Notes: generated by a model not told the origin, from the sequence alone. A stretch of 64,000 nucleotides of DNA from Candidatus Parcubacteria bacterium (GCA_016196625.1 JACPXH010000013.1:4516-68515), one strand, 5' to 3'; counted from the stretch's first letter, positions 26,861 through 37,099 are shown. Numbers and translations are program-made.

Positions 26861-26955
26861 TGACAAGTAAAATTTAGCGAAGTACTGTCTGTTCGGGAGT
26901 TAGACACGCTTCAGGCCGTTTGATTCGGTTTGATTGCACTATGAGGAGGTGAAGA

Positions 26956-27207
26956 ATGTCTGGTGATGAAGTCGGGAGGGCTCGCGACCTTGATCCTTTC
27001 GAACAATACCTGTGCGCATTTCGGGATTCTGTGGCGTCACGTCCGCGGCTGTCCGGGCGCATCCTATCCGTCTCTCTTCGGGAAAATGTCGTCGTGGTGC
27101 GGCTGTCCGACGGACGCGACGCACTCATCCCGCTGGTGATGCGCCCCGACGGGGTCGTGGCGCACGAGGGAGTGCAGGTGTTCCCGCCGCGGGCGGCTGG
27201 GGCGTAA
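26956..27207 (+). CDS. Hypothetical protein
   Basis: GGAGGTG Shine-Dalgarno; 83 aa. Confidence 0.4.
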   Translation: MSGDEVGRARDLDPFEQYLCAFRDSVASRPRLSGRILSVSLRENVVVVRLSDGRDALIPLVMRPDGVVAHEGVQVFPPRAAGA

Positions 27208-27982
27208 GCCCAAGGCCGCCCGTTTTCTTACGCGCAAACTCTTCGACAAAGGCGTCGATGCTGGCGATGGCGTCAGTGCACGCGTGCTGGATCGGGATTT
27301 CGTGAACGTGGGGGTGACTCTGGATTTGTTTCTGGAGCGAGCGTCGGATTTCGGCGATGAACTGTGCGGCTAGCCTGGCGCGTTCGCTCTGGCCGAGGTA
27401 GTCGGCCGGCGACTGTTCGCGGCTGTGACCCTCCCATTCGGTTATGACTCGATCGAGAATGGCGGCATCCGGTTCGAAGAGCGCGAGCGGCGTCACGCTG
27501 CCGTCGGCATTCCTCACGAACGCTTGCTCCTCAACGCGCCCTTCTTTTTCAGCGCGGAAATGCGCAGGGCTGATAGGTTCTGGGCGCAGCGGGTCACGTC
27601 TGCGCGTGAACATCTGTACGGCAACGCCACGTTCCCCCGGAACGGGGAGGAAGAAAAAATCCGCCTGAGCTTTCCCGACGGGGTTTTCATCGGCGTGAGG
27701 TTTGCGGCGGTCAATGCTCAACGGCGCATCGACAATGTGATCCCGGCCCAAGGTTTTCGCGAGCGCGGCCTCGACAAGCTCTTCGGCAACGTCGCCAAAC
27801 TCTTTTTTATATTCAATGGTCAGCAGGTCTTTTTTCGCCCGAGCGCGCTCCGTGGCGGCTTGAACCGATTTTTCCACGCCGGTCTCTAAAAGGAGTTTGA
27901 CCTCGCGGTCAATCCTCGCCGTGAGTCTCGGGTCGTCCGGCGAACGGGGTTGCGGCAATTCGAATGGATTGGTTGTGGACAT
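27125..27982 (-). CDS. Hypothetical protein
   Basis: Long ORF; E...AD.FF...VAVQ resembles a degenerate PD-(D/E)xK-type core (weak). Confidence 0.6.
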   Translation of the reverse strand: MSTTNPFELPQPRSPDDPRLTARIDREVKLLLETGVEKSVQAATERARAKKDLLTIEYKKEFGDVAEELVEAALAKTLGRDHIVDAPLSIDRRKPHADENPVGKAQADFFFLPVPGERGVAVQMFTRRRDPLRPEPISPAHFRAEKEGRVEEQAFVRNADGSVTPLALFEPDAAILDRVITEWEGHSREQSPADYLGQSERARLAAQFIAEIRRSLQKQIQSHPHVHEIPIQHACTDAIASIDAFVEEFARKKTGGLGLTPQPPAAGTPALPRAPRPRRGASPAG

Positions 27983-28075
27983 CGGGTCTGGCGCGGCTCT
28001 CAAGGATGGATATACGATACCAGTACAGTATAGCACGGCTCAGGCACTGAACTTTCCACAAGGGAGGGGAAGGCC

Positions 28076-28288
28076 ATGGAGCTCTTAGTCCGGCCGGAGA
28101 CGACCCAAGAGGCGGAGTTGCGCAATGCGGTTGGGTTTGAGGCGGCCCGCGAGATTTGTCCGTACTTGTGGCGGATCTTGCCCGTGACGACGGAGGATGG
28201 CGCGTGGCTCGTTGAAACGGTCTGTGCGCTTGACCCGCAAGCGCCAGGCGCCGCAAACGGATGGGCACAGCAGCAGGAAGCTGCCTGA
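28076..28288 (+). CDS. Hypothetical protein
   Basis: GGAGGGG Shine-Dalgarno; 70 aa. Confidence 0.4.
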   Translation: MELLVRPETTQEAELRNAVGFEAAREICPYLWRILPVTTEDGAWLVETVCALDPQAPGAANGWAQQQEAA

Positions 28289-28593
28289 AGGGAGGTGCGA
28301 TGGCGGATGGCGACGTTCGTGTTCGGGAAAGCCCTTTTCGTAGTCCTTACCGCGATCGCGGTGGGGATAGTCGCGAGGGCTATCGGACGTGCCTTGGGGC
28401 CTGCGGCCAGTCATTTTGGTCACAGGGGCCGGAGAACCGTTTCTGCCCCTCGTGCGACCCGAAACGTAGGCGCGCGTCTGCATCTGTTATTCCCGACTGT
28501 CCGGTGGCGTTGAAGCGTCTGCGTCGGCAGTGAGCTCGGCCCGGTCTCTCCAGACCGGGCCGATTCTTGTTTCGAAAATTTTCACTTTTCCCC

Positions 28594-31020
28594 TTACCGC
28601 CCGGTCCCCTGCTCTGTGGGTGGAGCTGTGGTGAGCGCGGGCATTTGGGAAAGTCGGGTCCGAACTTCTTGTTCGACCGCCGCGCGGTCCCGGCCGTATA
28701 TTGAGCTCGACCACTGCCGAACTGCGTGTGCCGCCGCCGGATCCCCTTTGCGCGGCAGGTTGATCACAAAGTTAAAGGGCGAAGTGGTTTTGCCTTGAGA
28801 CATGAGCCGCGCGTAGGCGTTGAAGTTATCAAGGTTGATGAGATCAGATGCGGCAAAGGCCGGCGCAAACTGGGGTTCGATGGATTCGGCGTCTTCCACT
28901 CCCACCCGAAACGAAACCAAGGATCCCACGTTGCCGAAGACCGCGTTTTTGATTTCGTCCGTGAGTTGTTTGATGAATTGATGCGCGAGCGTGAGATTGA
29001 GCCGGTACTTGCGTGCTTCGGACAGGATTGTCGCAATGGACGGGGTCGCGAAGCTCTGGAATTCGTCCAAGTAGAGGTAAAAATCGGACCGCGCCTCCTC
29101 GGCTGCGTCGGTTCGGCTCAAAGCCGCCAAAAGCAGTTTGCCCACGAGAATCAGGCCAAGGAGGGAGCTGTTGAGTTCGCCCAGACGCCCTTTGGTGAGG
29201 TTAACGAGGAGAATCTTGCGTTCGTCCATCACTTGGCGAAAATTAAATGAGCTTTGCTCTTGGGCGATGATGGGGCGCATGATGTCGTTGGCAATGAACA
29301 GGTTCATCTTTGAAGTGATGTAGGGCACCATGTTCGCGAGCGCCGCTTCCCCGCCGGCTTTCTCCGCCTCCAGCTCCCAGAAATTCTTGATTACCATGTT
29401 CGTCGTGCGTGAGAGTTTCAACTTGCGAAACTCTTTATCCGCGAGCACCCGCGGGATTTCCAGGAGCGTATTGCCGGAGGCAGGATCTTCCATGACCAGC
29501 AGCACGGCGTTGCGCATGTATTGTTCAAACATGGGCCCGCCGGTAACTTTCAGATCGTAGAGCTTGTCAAAAATGGCGATGAGTTCATTCGCGATGAAGG
29601 TTTTCTGCTCGGGGTGCGCCGGGTCATATTCAAGCATGTTAAGCCCGAGGGGCCGTTCGATGTCGCCCGGGTTGAAATAGATTACTTCTTCCCGGCGGCT
29701 CGCGGGCACGAGTCCGAGGAGGTCGTCGGCCAAATCTCCGTGCGGGTCTATAAGCGCAAGGCCCTCTCCGGCCTCAATGTCTTGACGCGCGAGTTCTTTG
29801 ATGAGCGACGATTTGCCGGTTCCAGTTTGGCCTATAATATAGAGGTGTCTCCGGCGGTCTTCGCGCGCGATACGGATTACGGTTTCTCTGCCCCGAAAGA
29901 CGTTGCGCCCCAACATCAGACCTTCAAGGGGAAGGTTGAGCGGCGGCTCGGCCTGACGGGCTTTGAGCGCGTGCAGTTTGGGTGCTTCGAGCGAGGGGGT
30001 CGCAAAGTGATACATGCTACTCAACTCATCGGCACTCAAGATAAGCGCATCGCGTGAACGAAAGAGACGCCATGAAAACGCAAAGAGAAGCGACTCCAAC
30101 CGGCCGCCCTTGCGCCGCTTAAATGAGAGCGAGTTGGTCGGGGGAGCGCTCAAGGGGGCAAAGGCGGTTTCCATCTGTTCGAGCAGCGCTTTCGCCCGAG
30201 TCTCTTCTGCCGCCGAGGCCACCACCCGAACATTGGCTGCAAAGACGGGCGTGCGGGCCTTGCGCTCGATGGCCTCCACCGCTTCGGGGTCAACGGGTTC
30301 GTTCTTGCTTTCGCCGGGGCCTCGGGTCGAGTTTGCTTTGAGCTTTTGGGCTTGGGCCACGCTTTCGGCGCCCCAGCGTTTGGGAGCGGGTTGGAGCAGA
30401 ATTTGGATGGCCGCACCCTCCCCTTCTTTGGCAATTTTGCTTAAGGCCGTGGCAATCGCGCTTAAGGGATCCACTTCAAGCTCACGGAAGGTGCGCAGCG
30501 ACAGGCGGCTGTTTTTGACCTCAAGGATTGAGGCTTCGTGTCTGCCGTGGGGATTGAACAGGTTATAGTCCGGTACCGCCTCGATTACGGCTTCCGGGAA
30601 AAAGCCGTGGATGTGTTTTTCGAACGCTTCAGCCAGCCGCCTCGGGAAGGCCGCGAAAAACTGAATTTCCTCGCCCACATGGGGGACGGCCAGTTCAAAG
30701 GCAACCGTGGGCATCCCCCGGAGGATCGCCCGCCACCACTTCTCTTTTAGAAACGTCAGGCTCGCGTAGAACTGACTCATGACGGCGAGCCCCTCGCGCA
30801 TTCGTTCCACTGCCGATCGATCCGACTCCAGGGGACGGTTCGGAAGCGCAATCGCGAAGAGGGCGAGGTTCAGGGCGCGCGCGGTCTCCCCTCGGCGTCG
30901 GAGCGTAACTAAACCCCAAGCCGCCGCAGTGCCGCCCACCGTAAGGACGGCGAGGGTTATGAGGATGAGCCAGAGGAGGAAAGAGAGATCGAGGGGCACG
31001 GTCAAAAGTTCAAATGCCAA
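28594..31020 (-). CDS. VirD4/TraD-like coupling ATPase (type IV secretion DNA-binding domain)
   Basis: N-terminal TM; DRRRHLYIIGQTGTGKS, IDPHGDL, YLDEFQ, SEARKY, LAHQ. Confidence 0.92.
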   Translation of the reverse strand: MAFELLTVPLDLSFLLWLILITLAVLTVGGTAAAWGLVTLRRRGETARALNLALFAIALPNRPLESDRSAVERMREGLAVMSQFYASLTFLKEKWWRAILRGMPTVAFELAVPHVGEEIQFFAAFPRRLAEAFEKHIHGFFPEAVIEAVPDYNLFNPHGRHEASILEVKNSRLSLRTFRELEVDPLSAIATALSKIAKEGEGAAIQILLQPAPKRWGAESVAQAQKLKANSTRGPGESKNEPVDPEAVEAIERKARTPVFAANVRVVASAAEETRAKALLEQMETAFAPLSAPPTNSLSFKRRKGGRLESLLFAFSWRLFRSRDALILSADELSSMYHFATPSLEAPKLHALKARQAEPPLNLPLEGLMLGRNVFRGRETVIRIAREDRRRHLYIIGQTGTGKSSLIKELARQDIEAGEGLALIDPHGDLADDLLGLVPASRREEVIYFNPGDIERPLGLNMLEYDPAHPEQKTFIANELIAIFDKLYDLKVTGGPMFEQYMRNAVLLVMEDPASGNTLLEIPRVLADKEFRKLKLSRTTNMVIKNFWELEAEKAGGEAALANMVPYITSKMNLFIANDIMRPIIAQEQSSFNFRQVMDERKILLVNLTKGRLGELNSSLLGLILVGKLLLAALSRTDAAEEARSDFYLYLDEFQSFATPSIATILSEARKYRLNLTLAHQFIKQLTDEIKNAVFGNVGSLVSFRVGVEDAESIEPQFAPAFAASDLINLDNFNAYARLMSQGKTTSPFNFVINLPRKGDPAAAHAVRQWSSSIYGRDRAAVEQEVRTRLSQMPALTTAPPTEQGTGR

Positions 31021-31088
31021 AATCCAAATGCCAAATCAAACTTAAAGTTCAAAATCCAAAATCGCTTCGGCATTTGGGCTTTGGATTT
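31002..31088. repeat. Degenerate heptamer tract (CAAAT[G/T]N-type) with inverted arm
   Basis: TCAAATGCCAAAATCCAAATGCCAAATC...TTTGGGCTTTGGATTT; related tracts at 31495-31535, 33694-33817 and 60950-61125. Confidence 0.75.
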
Positions 31089-31487
31089 CTAAATTGGTTT
31101 CAGTTTTCCCCTGCTCACTAAATCGTTGTACAGGTGGTCCACGAGAGCATCGTGGAAAGCGTCAATGAGGCGCGCGTTGTGCGAGGCCTTGACCGCGCCA
31201 ATGGCTTGCCCCAAGCCTTTGAGGAACGCGACGTCAACGAGCTCTTGCACCTTCAGTGCTTCTTCTTGGGCGGTCGGAGCGCCCCCGGACGCTTGGCCAG
31301 TGGTTGGAGGTACGGTGATGTTTGGCGGCGGGACCGCGCCCGCGATTTTTTCGCCGACGTATTCGCGAATCGTTGCTCGCTCCGATTCCGGTTCGCGCTG
31401 TTCAGAGAGCGTCTGCTTGCGCTCCGCGAGGCGCTCCTCAAGCTCCCGGATTTCTGATTCAAGCTGATGAGGGGTTTCGTAGGGCAT
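31089..31487 (-). CDS. Hypothetical protein adjacent to the VirD4-like ATPase
   Basis: Coiled-coil N-terminus; LVD.AF.KG...A......N...IDAFHDAL. Confidence 0.75.
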   Translation of the reverse strand: MPYETPHQLESEIRELEERLAERKQTLSEQREPESERATIREYVGEKIAGAVPPPNITVPPTTGQASGGAPTAQEEALKVQELVDVAFLKGLGQAIGAVKASHNARLIDAFHDALVDHLYNDLVSRGKLKPI

Positions 31488-31551
31488 ATCTCGAAATGAC
31501 AAATGCCAAAATCCAAATGTCAAATGCAAAATCAAACAGCGCTACAGTATA

Positions 31552-31806
31552 TCACCCTTCGATTTTCAGAGATTTGTATTTTCGTACAATGCGCATGATG
31601 GCTAGTGGGATGTAAAAGACGGGAAAGACGTATGACACCACTCCAACCGCAAGGTACGGGAGGTTAATTCGAAACAAGCCGATGTCGTACGGCGCCACAG
31701 TATCGGGATATATGGAAGCAACTACCAATAGTAAAACCGCAGGTCCCTCAATCGCCATGAAGGTCCCCGCAAGTTTCCCGATGTAGCGCCTCAGGCGCGG
31801 GTCCAT
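31552..31806 (-). CDS. Small membrane protein
   Basis: Two hydrophobic segments. Confidence 0.5.
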   Translation of the reverse strand: MDPRLRRYIGKLAGTFMAIEGPAVLLLVVASIYPDTVAPYDIGLFRINLPYLAVGVVSYVFPVFYIPLAIMRIVRKYKSLKIEG

Positions 31807-31999
31807 GATTGCTTAGTCTAGCACAGTCCGGGGCCTCGACTTACTTTAATTTATCCACACGGCGGCATGCAGGAGCGTGCTAGACTGGAAGCGGAAAAAC
31901 TCCTTTTTGGATCGTACGGGATTGCTTCGCCCGCCTCCGCCAGTTGGCGGATGGCGGGCTCGCAATGACGGCCGACAGCGGCTCTCGCTGAACTCTATT

Positions 32000-33694
32000 A
32001 TGGATAAGCGCCAACGAACTTGGATTTTCCTTGGCATCATTCTTGTAGTTGCCATCTTTTTTCGCTTCTGGCAGTTTACCGAATTTCCTCCCGGGTTGTA
32101 TCCGGACGAGGCGGTCAATGGCGTAAATGGTCTCCAAGCGGTTGAGACCGGCAACTATCAAGTTTTCTACCCGGACAACAACGGCCGCGAGGGGCTGTGG
32201 ATGAACGTGCAGGGATTAGTCTCAAAGGCGCTCGGCCCTTCGCCCTGGGCTCTGCGGGTGCCCAGCATGGTGATAGGCGTGCTCACGGTTCTCGGCCTTT
32301 TCTTATTAGTGCGCGAGCTAGTCGGCGACGAGGTGGCTTTGGTTTCGGCAGCGCTGCTGGCGACTTCCTTTTGGCACACGGTGTTTTCCCGCATGGCCTT
32401 CCGGGCCATTCTATTGCCGTTCGTGCTTACCTATCTTTTCTACTTTTTGGTTCGGGGATTGAAACGCGGGCGCGGATCAGATTTTGTCGGAGCCGGTTTT
32501 TTCTTCGGGCTGGGTTTTCACACCTATATTTCTTACCGGATCGTGCCGCTGCTGCTGGTTGCGCTGTTCGGCGTACTCATTTGGTTAAAGCGGCGCAAGG
32601 TTTGGCAGCCAATATTCTGCGCGCCGTGTGCGGTTAGTCTTATGCTGATTGTGGGGCTTGTGGTGGCAACTCCCATGCTTCTTTATTTGATTCAGCACCC
32701 GGAAGATTGGAGCGGTCGGACCGGCGGCATTTCTGTCTGGAGCGCGCAAAGTCCTCTCAAGGCCGTTCTCATCTCCACGGCCGCAACATTAGGGCAGTTT
32801 AACGTGCTCGGGGATCGCAACTGGCGGCATAACTTCCCCGGCCGGCCGGAGCTGTTTTGGCCCGCCGGGATTATGATGCTGGTAGGGCTTGCGATAACGT
32901 TTCGGACAGCGTTCCGAATATTCCGCGCAAAGCCAGCCGCGCCACCCTCGGAGGAAACCGTTCGGCCATGCCACTCTAATATACTAGTATATGATAGTGG
33001 AAACGGCTGGCTCGTCATTTTCGGGGCGTGGCTCATGCTCGGATGGTTCTTTGCCTTGATGGTGCCGGCGATTCTCACGCGCGAAGGCCTGCCCCATGCG
33101 CTGCGCACCATCGGCACTATCCCGCCCGCGTACGCGTTTGCCGGGGTTGGCACGTGGCTCACGTGGAAGGCGTTGCGGCGCAAGGTTCTCGGTGGGCTCG
33201 AAGGATTTTTGGAACGCGATCCGAATCTGGAGTTTCTGCGATCCAGATTGAACCGTATTCGGCGGTGGTTCGGGGTGCTGCTCGCGACTTTTCTTCTGTG
33301 GGTGGCGGGCAGCGAAGGGGTTACGTACTTTGTGCGTTGGGCGCCCCACCCGCGCGTGGCCGACGCTTTTGCGGCTCACCAGACCGAGCTCGCCAACTAC
33401 ATCAACGCCGCGGAGCCCGACATTTCGATCTACGTGGTGGTTAACGCCCCCAGTCTCAACGTCAACGGCATCTCGCTCAACGCCCAACCCCTCGTGTATC
33501 TGAATCACGGCCGGCCCAACTTGTTTTTCGTAACTCCAGAGACCATCGGTTCGATCCCCCGCGATCTGCATCGGGCCGAGATTATCCTGCTCGATTCGGA
33601 TCGGCAGTTTCTGGCCCAACTCCAGCGTGAGCGTTATCCCCAAGGAAAGACCAAGGCAGTCTCGGGGACGATCGTGCCGTTGGTGATTCCGTAA
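32000..33694 (+). CDS. GT-C glycosyltransferase (GT39/ArnT-like)
   Basis: PPGLYPDEA, GREG, ALRVPS, SFWH..FSR; multi-TM. Confidence 0.9.
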   Translation: MDKRQRTWIFLGIILVVAIFFRFWQFTEFPPGLYPDEAVNGVNGLQAVETGNYQVFYPDNNGREGLWMNVQGLVSKALGPSPWALRVPSMVIGVLTVLGLFLLVRELVGDEVALVSAALLATSFWHTVFSRMAFRAILLPFVLTYLFYFLVRGLKRGRGSDFVGAGFFFGLGFHTYISYRIVPLLLVALFGVLIWLKRRKVWQPIFCAPCAVSLMLIVGLVVATPMLLYLIQHPEDWSGRTGGISVWSAQSPLKAVLISTAATLGQFNVLGDRNWRHNFPGRPELFWPAGIMMLVGLAITFRTAFRIFRAKPAAPPSEETVRPCHSNILVYDSGNGWLVIFGAWLMLGWFFALMVPAILTREGLPHALRTIGTIPPAYAFAGVGTWLTWKALRRKVLGGLEGFLERDPNLEFLRSRLNRIRRWFGVLLATFLLWVAGSEGVTYFVRWAPHPRVADAFAAHQTELANYINAAEPDISIYVVVNAPSLNVNGISLNAQPLVYLNHGRPNLFFVTPETIGSIPRDLHRAEIILLDSDRQFLAQLQRERYPQGKTKAVSGTIVPLVIP

Positions 33695-33817
33695 GTTCAA
33701 AGTTCAAAGTTCAAATTTCAAAGCTCAAATGTCAAATCCAAAGCCCAAATGCCGAAGCGATTTTGGATTTTGAACTTTAAGTTTGATTTGAAATTTGGAT
33801 TTTGTCATTTGGATTTC
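33694..33817. repeat. Degenerate heptamer tract with inverted arm
   Basis: AGTTCAA AGTTCAA AGTTCAA ATTTCAA AGCTCAA ATGTCAA...TTTGGATTTTGTCATTTGGATTT. Confidence 0.8.
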
Positions 33818-33821
33818 AGGT

Positions 33822-35729
33822 ATGACCGCTTCATCAGTACGCCACAATATATCCATTACGGGTTGGGCGTTCGTCATCCTCGCCCTCATGTTCGTCCTGA
33901 TGTTTGCGTCAGCGTGGGACGACACGCTTACCTTCGACGAAATCGCCCATATCCCCGCCGGATACAGCTACCTCACGAGAGCCGATATGCGGCTAAATCC
34001 CGAACACCCGCCACTCCTTAAAGACTGGGCCGCACTCCCGCTTCTTGCCGCCGGCCTCAAGTTCCCGGCAGACAATCCGGGCTGGAAAGATGACGTGAAT
34101 GGGCAATGGACGTTCGGGTACGGATTTATCTATTTTGCGGGGAACAACCCCGATGTAATCCGGCACTTGGCGCGAATTCCGATGATGGTTCTCACCGTAG
34201 GGCTGGGAGCACTCTTGTTTTGGTGGACGAGACGCCGCTATGGGCAGGTTGCCGCGTTCACGGCGCTGGTATTGTTTGCGCTTTCGCCCAACTTCATTGC
34301 TCACGGTCGCTACGTTACCACTGACGTGGGCGCTTCGTTTGGATTTTTAGTCGCCATCATCGCCTTCATTCGCTTTCTGGAAGAGCCGACTTCAAAGCGA
34401 CGTTTGGTGCTGGCGGGTTTTGCGTATGGGTTTGCCCAACTGCTTAAGTTTTCCGCCTTTTTGCTTGGGCCGCTGTTTGTGGCGCTCACGGTTCTTTACA
34501 TCGTTCTGGAGAGCGACGCGGGCTTCTGGTCTATGGTGCGCCGGTACTTGGGCGCGCTCATTGCCATTTTTGCCATCGGCTACGCGTTCGTCTGGGCGGT
34601 GTATGTATTTCATACTGCGGGCTACCCTCCCGCCCGTCAAGCTCACGACATGGCCGCAGAACTATATAACTACGCCGGCGGTCCGTCCTCACCCGCCTTT
34701 GCCGTGTGCAATCCGGCTCTCGTGGGACTTAAACGCTTTGCGCGCTGTCCGGCTGAAATCGGAATCTGGATGGCAGACAAGCCCGTTTTGCGCGCCTTGG
34801 CGCACTATCTCAAAGGAGTGCTGATGGTCTTCCAGCGTTCAGCCGGCGGTAACACTACGTACTTCTGGGGGCAAGTTTCCGCGGCCGGGTGGCGGTCCTA
34901 CTTTCCCGCGATCTATGTGCTCAAAGAGACTCTGCCGGCGTTGATTCTGGCTTTCTTGGCCTTAGCGTATGCGCTCGCCCGGAGCATTCGGAGCATGACG
35001 CGCGAAGCCCATTGTTTTAAACGGTCTCTGCGCTGGTTGCGCGAGCACCCAGCCGAGACTGCCATGAGCGCTTTTGTTGCGTTTTATTGGTTGACCAGCA
35101 TCCGTTCAAACCTGAACATCGGCTTCAGGCACATCCTGCCAACGCTGCCTTTTATCTACATTTTGACCGCGCGCCAAATTGCCCTTTGGCTTAAGCCGGT
35201 TATTCAATCGGGCGGCCAGATGCCTTGGCGCACGCTCGCAAATTTTGCCAAAGGGTATGGAACGGTGCTGCGTAAATCAGTACTACTCGGGGTGTTCATG
35301 CTGTGGCAGGCGGTCAATACCTTTGCAATTTTTCCGTCGTACCTTGCCCATTTCAACGAGTTGGCCGGCGGACCTGCCAGCGGCTACAAGTGGGCGGTGG
35401 ACTCAAACTTGGACTGGGGTCAGGACCTGAAACGCTTGGGCGACTGGCTTGAAGTCAATAACATCCCCAAGATAAAACTGGATTATTTTGGTGGCGGCGT
35501 GCCCGAGTACTATCTGGGCGATCGATACGAAAAGCTTCGCTGCGACGACAAAGCGTGTGCGGCCCCAACGTCCGGCTGGGTGGCGGTTTCGGCTACGCTT
35601 TTACAGGGTGGGCGCGGCATGGCCGCGGCCGGTTATGACAAGCGAACCGACTACTACCGCTGGCTTGAGCGCTACGAGCCGCCGGTGGCCAAGATCGGGT
35701 ATTCGATTTTCGTGTATCGGATTCAATAG
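33822..35729 (+). CDS. GT-C glycosyltransferase (GT39/ArnT-like)
   Basis: TFDE.AHI.AGY, NPEHPPL.K, HGRYVTTD, DSNLDWGQDLKRL. Confidence 0.9.
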   Translation: MTASSVRHNISITGWAFVILALMFVLMFASAWDDTLTFDEIAHIPAGYSYLTRADMRLNPEHPPLLKDWAALPLLAAGLKFPADNPGWKDDVNGQWTFGYGFIYFAGNNPDVIRHLARIPMMVLTVGLGALLFWWTRRRYGQVAAFTALVLFALSPNFIAHGRYVTTDVGASFGFLVAIIAFIRFLEEPTSKRRLVLAGFAYGFAQLLKFSAFLLGPLFVALTVLYIVLESDAGFWSMVRRYLGALIAIFAIGYAFVWAVYVFHTAGYPPARQAHDMAAELYNYAGGPSSPAFAVCNPALVGLKRFARCPAEIGIWMADKPVLRALAHYLKGVLMVFQRSAGGNTTYFWGQVSAAGWRSYFPAIYVLKETLPALILAFLALAYALARSIRSMTREAHCFKRSLRWLREHPAETAMSAFVAFYWLTSIRSNLNIGFRHILPTLPFIYILTARQIALWLKPVIQSGGQMPWRTLANFAKGYGTVLRKSVLLGVFMLWQAVNTFAIFPSYLAHFNELAGGPASGYKWAVDSNLDWGQDLKRLGDWLEVNNIPKIKLDYFGGGVPEYYLGDRYEKLRCDDKACAAPTSGWVAVSATLLQGGRGMAAAGYDKRTDYYRWLERYEPPVAKIGYSIFVYRIQ

Positions 35730-35828
35730 GATTTATAAGACCTATAAGATTTATAGGTCTTAATGGGTCTCCGCTACGGCGGAAAAGTTTTGCGCCCCGC
35801 GCACAAAGTGCGCGGGGCGCCCCGTCTC

Positions 35829-36080
35829 TTAGTCGTCCGTCCATGGACACAGCCGAGAACGGAGTTTGATCTCGGCTAGAATCAAGCATCCCGTTAGCCA
35901 GTCGCCGATCCGCTGGCCGATCGCGCGTCCCATGCTTGCTCGCTCTACTTCCCTCCGGTGGGCTGTGGCGTCTCCGCGGCGCTGTCGTTGCCGCTCGTAG
36001 CTGGACGCGGTGATGATAACGCACACGACAAGCCCGAACGCGAGCGCGAGCCAGCGGATGAGTTCAGTCATCCAGTCCAT
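35829..36080 (-). CDS. Small membrane ORFan
   Basis: MDWMTELIRW plus TM; GGAG Shine-Dalgarno. Confidence 0.45.
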   Translation of the reverse strand: MDWMTELIRWLALAFGLVVCVIITASSYERQRQRRGDATAHRREVERASMGRAIGQRIGDWLTGCLILAEIKLRSRLCPWTDD

Positions 36081-36184
36081 CGGTTCTCCCCCCTTCTTTC
36101 CCCTTGCGTACTTCTTTATCATCCGGCAAGAGGAGTGCGAGAATGATGAGGAAGATCGCGAGGATCGCCGTTGCGACCTCCATG

Positions 36185-36736
36185 CTAGTTTCCCAGATTG
36201 CCGCGGCTTAAGCCGTAGTCAAGTGCGACGCGGGCCGGTCGTCGAAACGACGGTGTCCTAAAGTCCGGCTGAACTGCATGCTGCCTCGTGAGCCGCCGTA
36301 CCACTCTCCGACACGCGGCGAGCTTGCTCGCGAGGGAAGACTTCCCGTGCTTCGCGAGCGCCGCCGAGACTTCCCGTTGGCCATCTGAGAGGATTTGGAC
36401 GTTTGCCTCCAGCTCGTTAAGCCGGCGACTTCCTTCCTCCGCCGGAGTAACGACGTCCGCATCAGTTCTGGGATCCAGGCCGAGCGCGTAGTACAGCTGC
36501 GGTTCTTGTTGGAGTATGGCCACGAGCATCAGCACGATCCCGCCGAGGGCGAGCGTCGACCCCCCGATTCGGAAGAGCCTGCCGGTGTACTGCATCCGGA
36601 GCCGGTCGTTGAACGCCGCCATGGTTTCGGCGTACCGAGGGGAGCGAGTCCAGAGCACAAACGCGATAATACCCGAGATGGCGACGAGTAGCACTCCCAG
36701 CAGCAACACGGTCTTACCGAACTCCATCCCGTCCAT
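36185..36736 (-). CDS. Membrane-anchored coiled-coil hypothetical protein
   Basis: AAGGAGGAGG Shine-Dalgarno before MDGMEF; two TM. Confidence 0.65.
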   Translation of the reverse strand: MDGMEFGKTVLLLGVLLVAISGIIAFVLWTRSPRYAETMAAFNDRLRMQYTGRLFRIGGSTLALGGIVLMLVAILQQEPQLYYALGLDPRTDADVVTPAEEGSRRLNELEANVQILSDGQREVSAALAKHGKSSLASKLAACRRVVRRLTRQHAVQPDFRTPSFRRPARVALDYGLSRGNLGN

Positions 36737-36905
36737 TGCCCTCCTCCTTTCGCGCATCTCGCGCAGCATCACCACGCAAGTGCAGCGCTGGATATTGCGA
36801 ACCCGGTGTGGTTTTCGAGGAACACTCTTACTACTATGATACACCGCCTCAGCATTATGTCAATCTCAAATTGAAAAATGTCTTGGCTGGCGGCAAATTC
36901 TTTTA

Positions 36906-37021
36906 CCCGCCGTCGCAGAAAGCCACGGCCGTGAGGCCGTGGATGAATGCGTAAGCAGAGTCCTTCCGAAGCTCGAAGGACAAAGGAGGATGCTTTGGCG
37001 GGCGTAAGCCCGCGGAGCTTT
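36906..37021. mobile_element. Non-autonomous IS200/IS605-like element
   Basis: CCCGCCGTCGCAGA-CCACGGC/GCCGTGG-ATGAATGCG ... GCGGGCGTAAGCCCGCGGAGCTT. Confidence 0.65.
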
Positions 37022-37099
37022 ATAAAAAGTTAAGAGCCGCCGCGAAGCGATGACTCTGAAGGACGACTCTCTTGGGCGGTCGTCCGATTGCCCGAAGTC

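Noticed and set aside
28594-31020. Conjugative element or ICE
   Set aside because: No relaxase, VirB4, integrase or att sites in the window.
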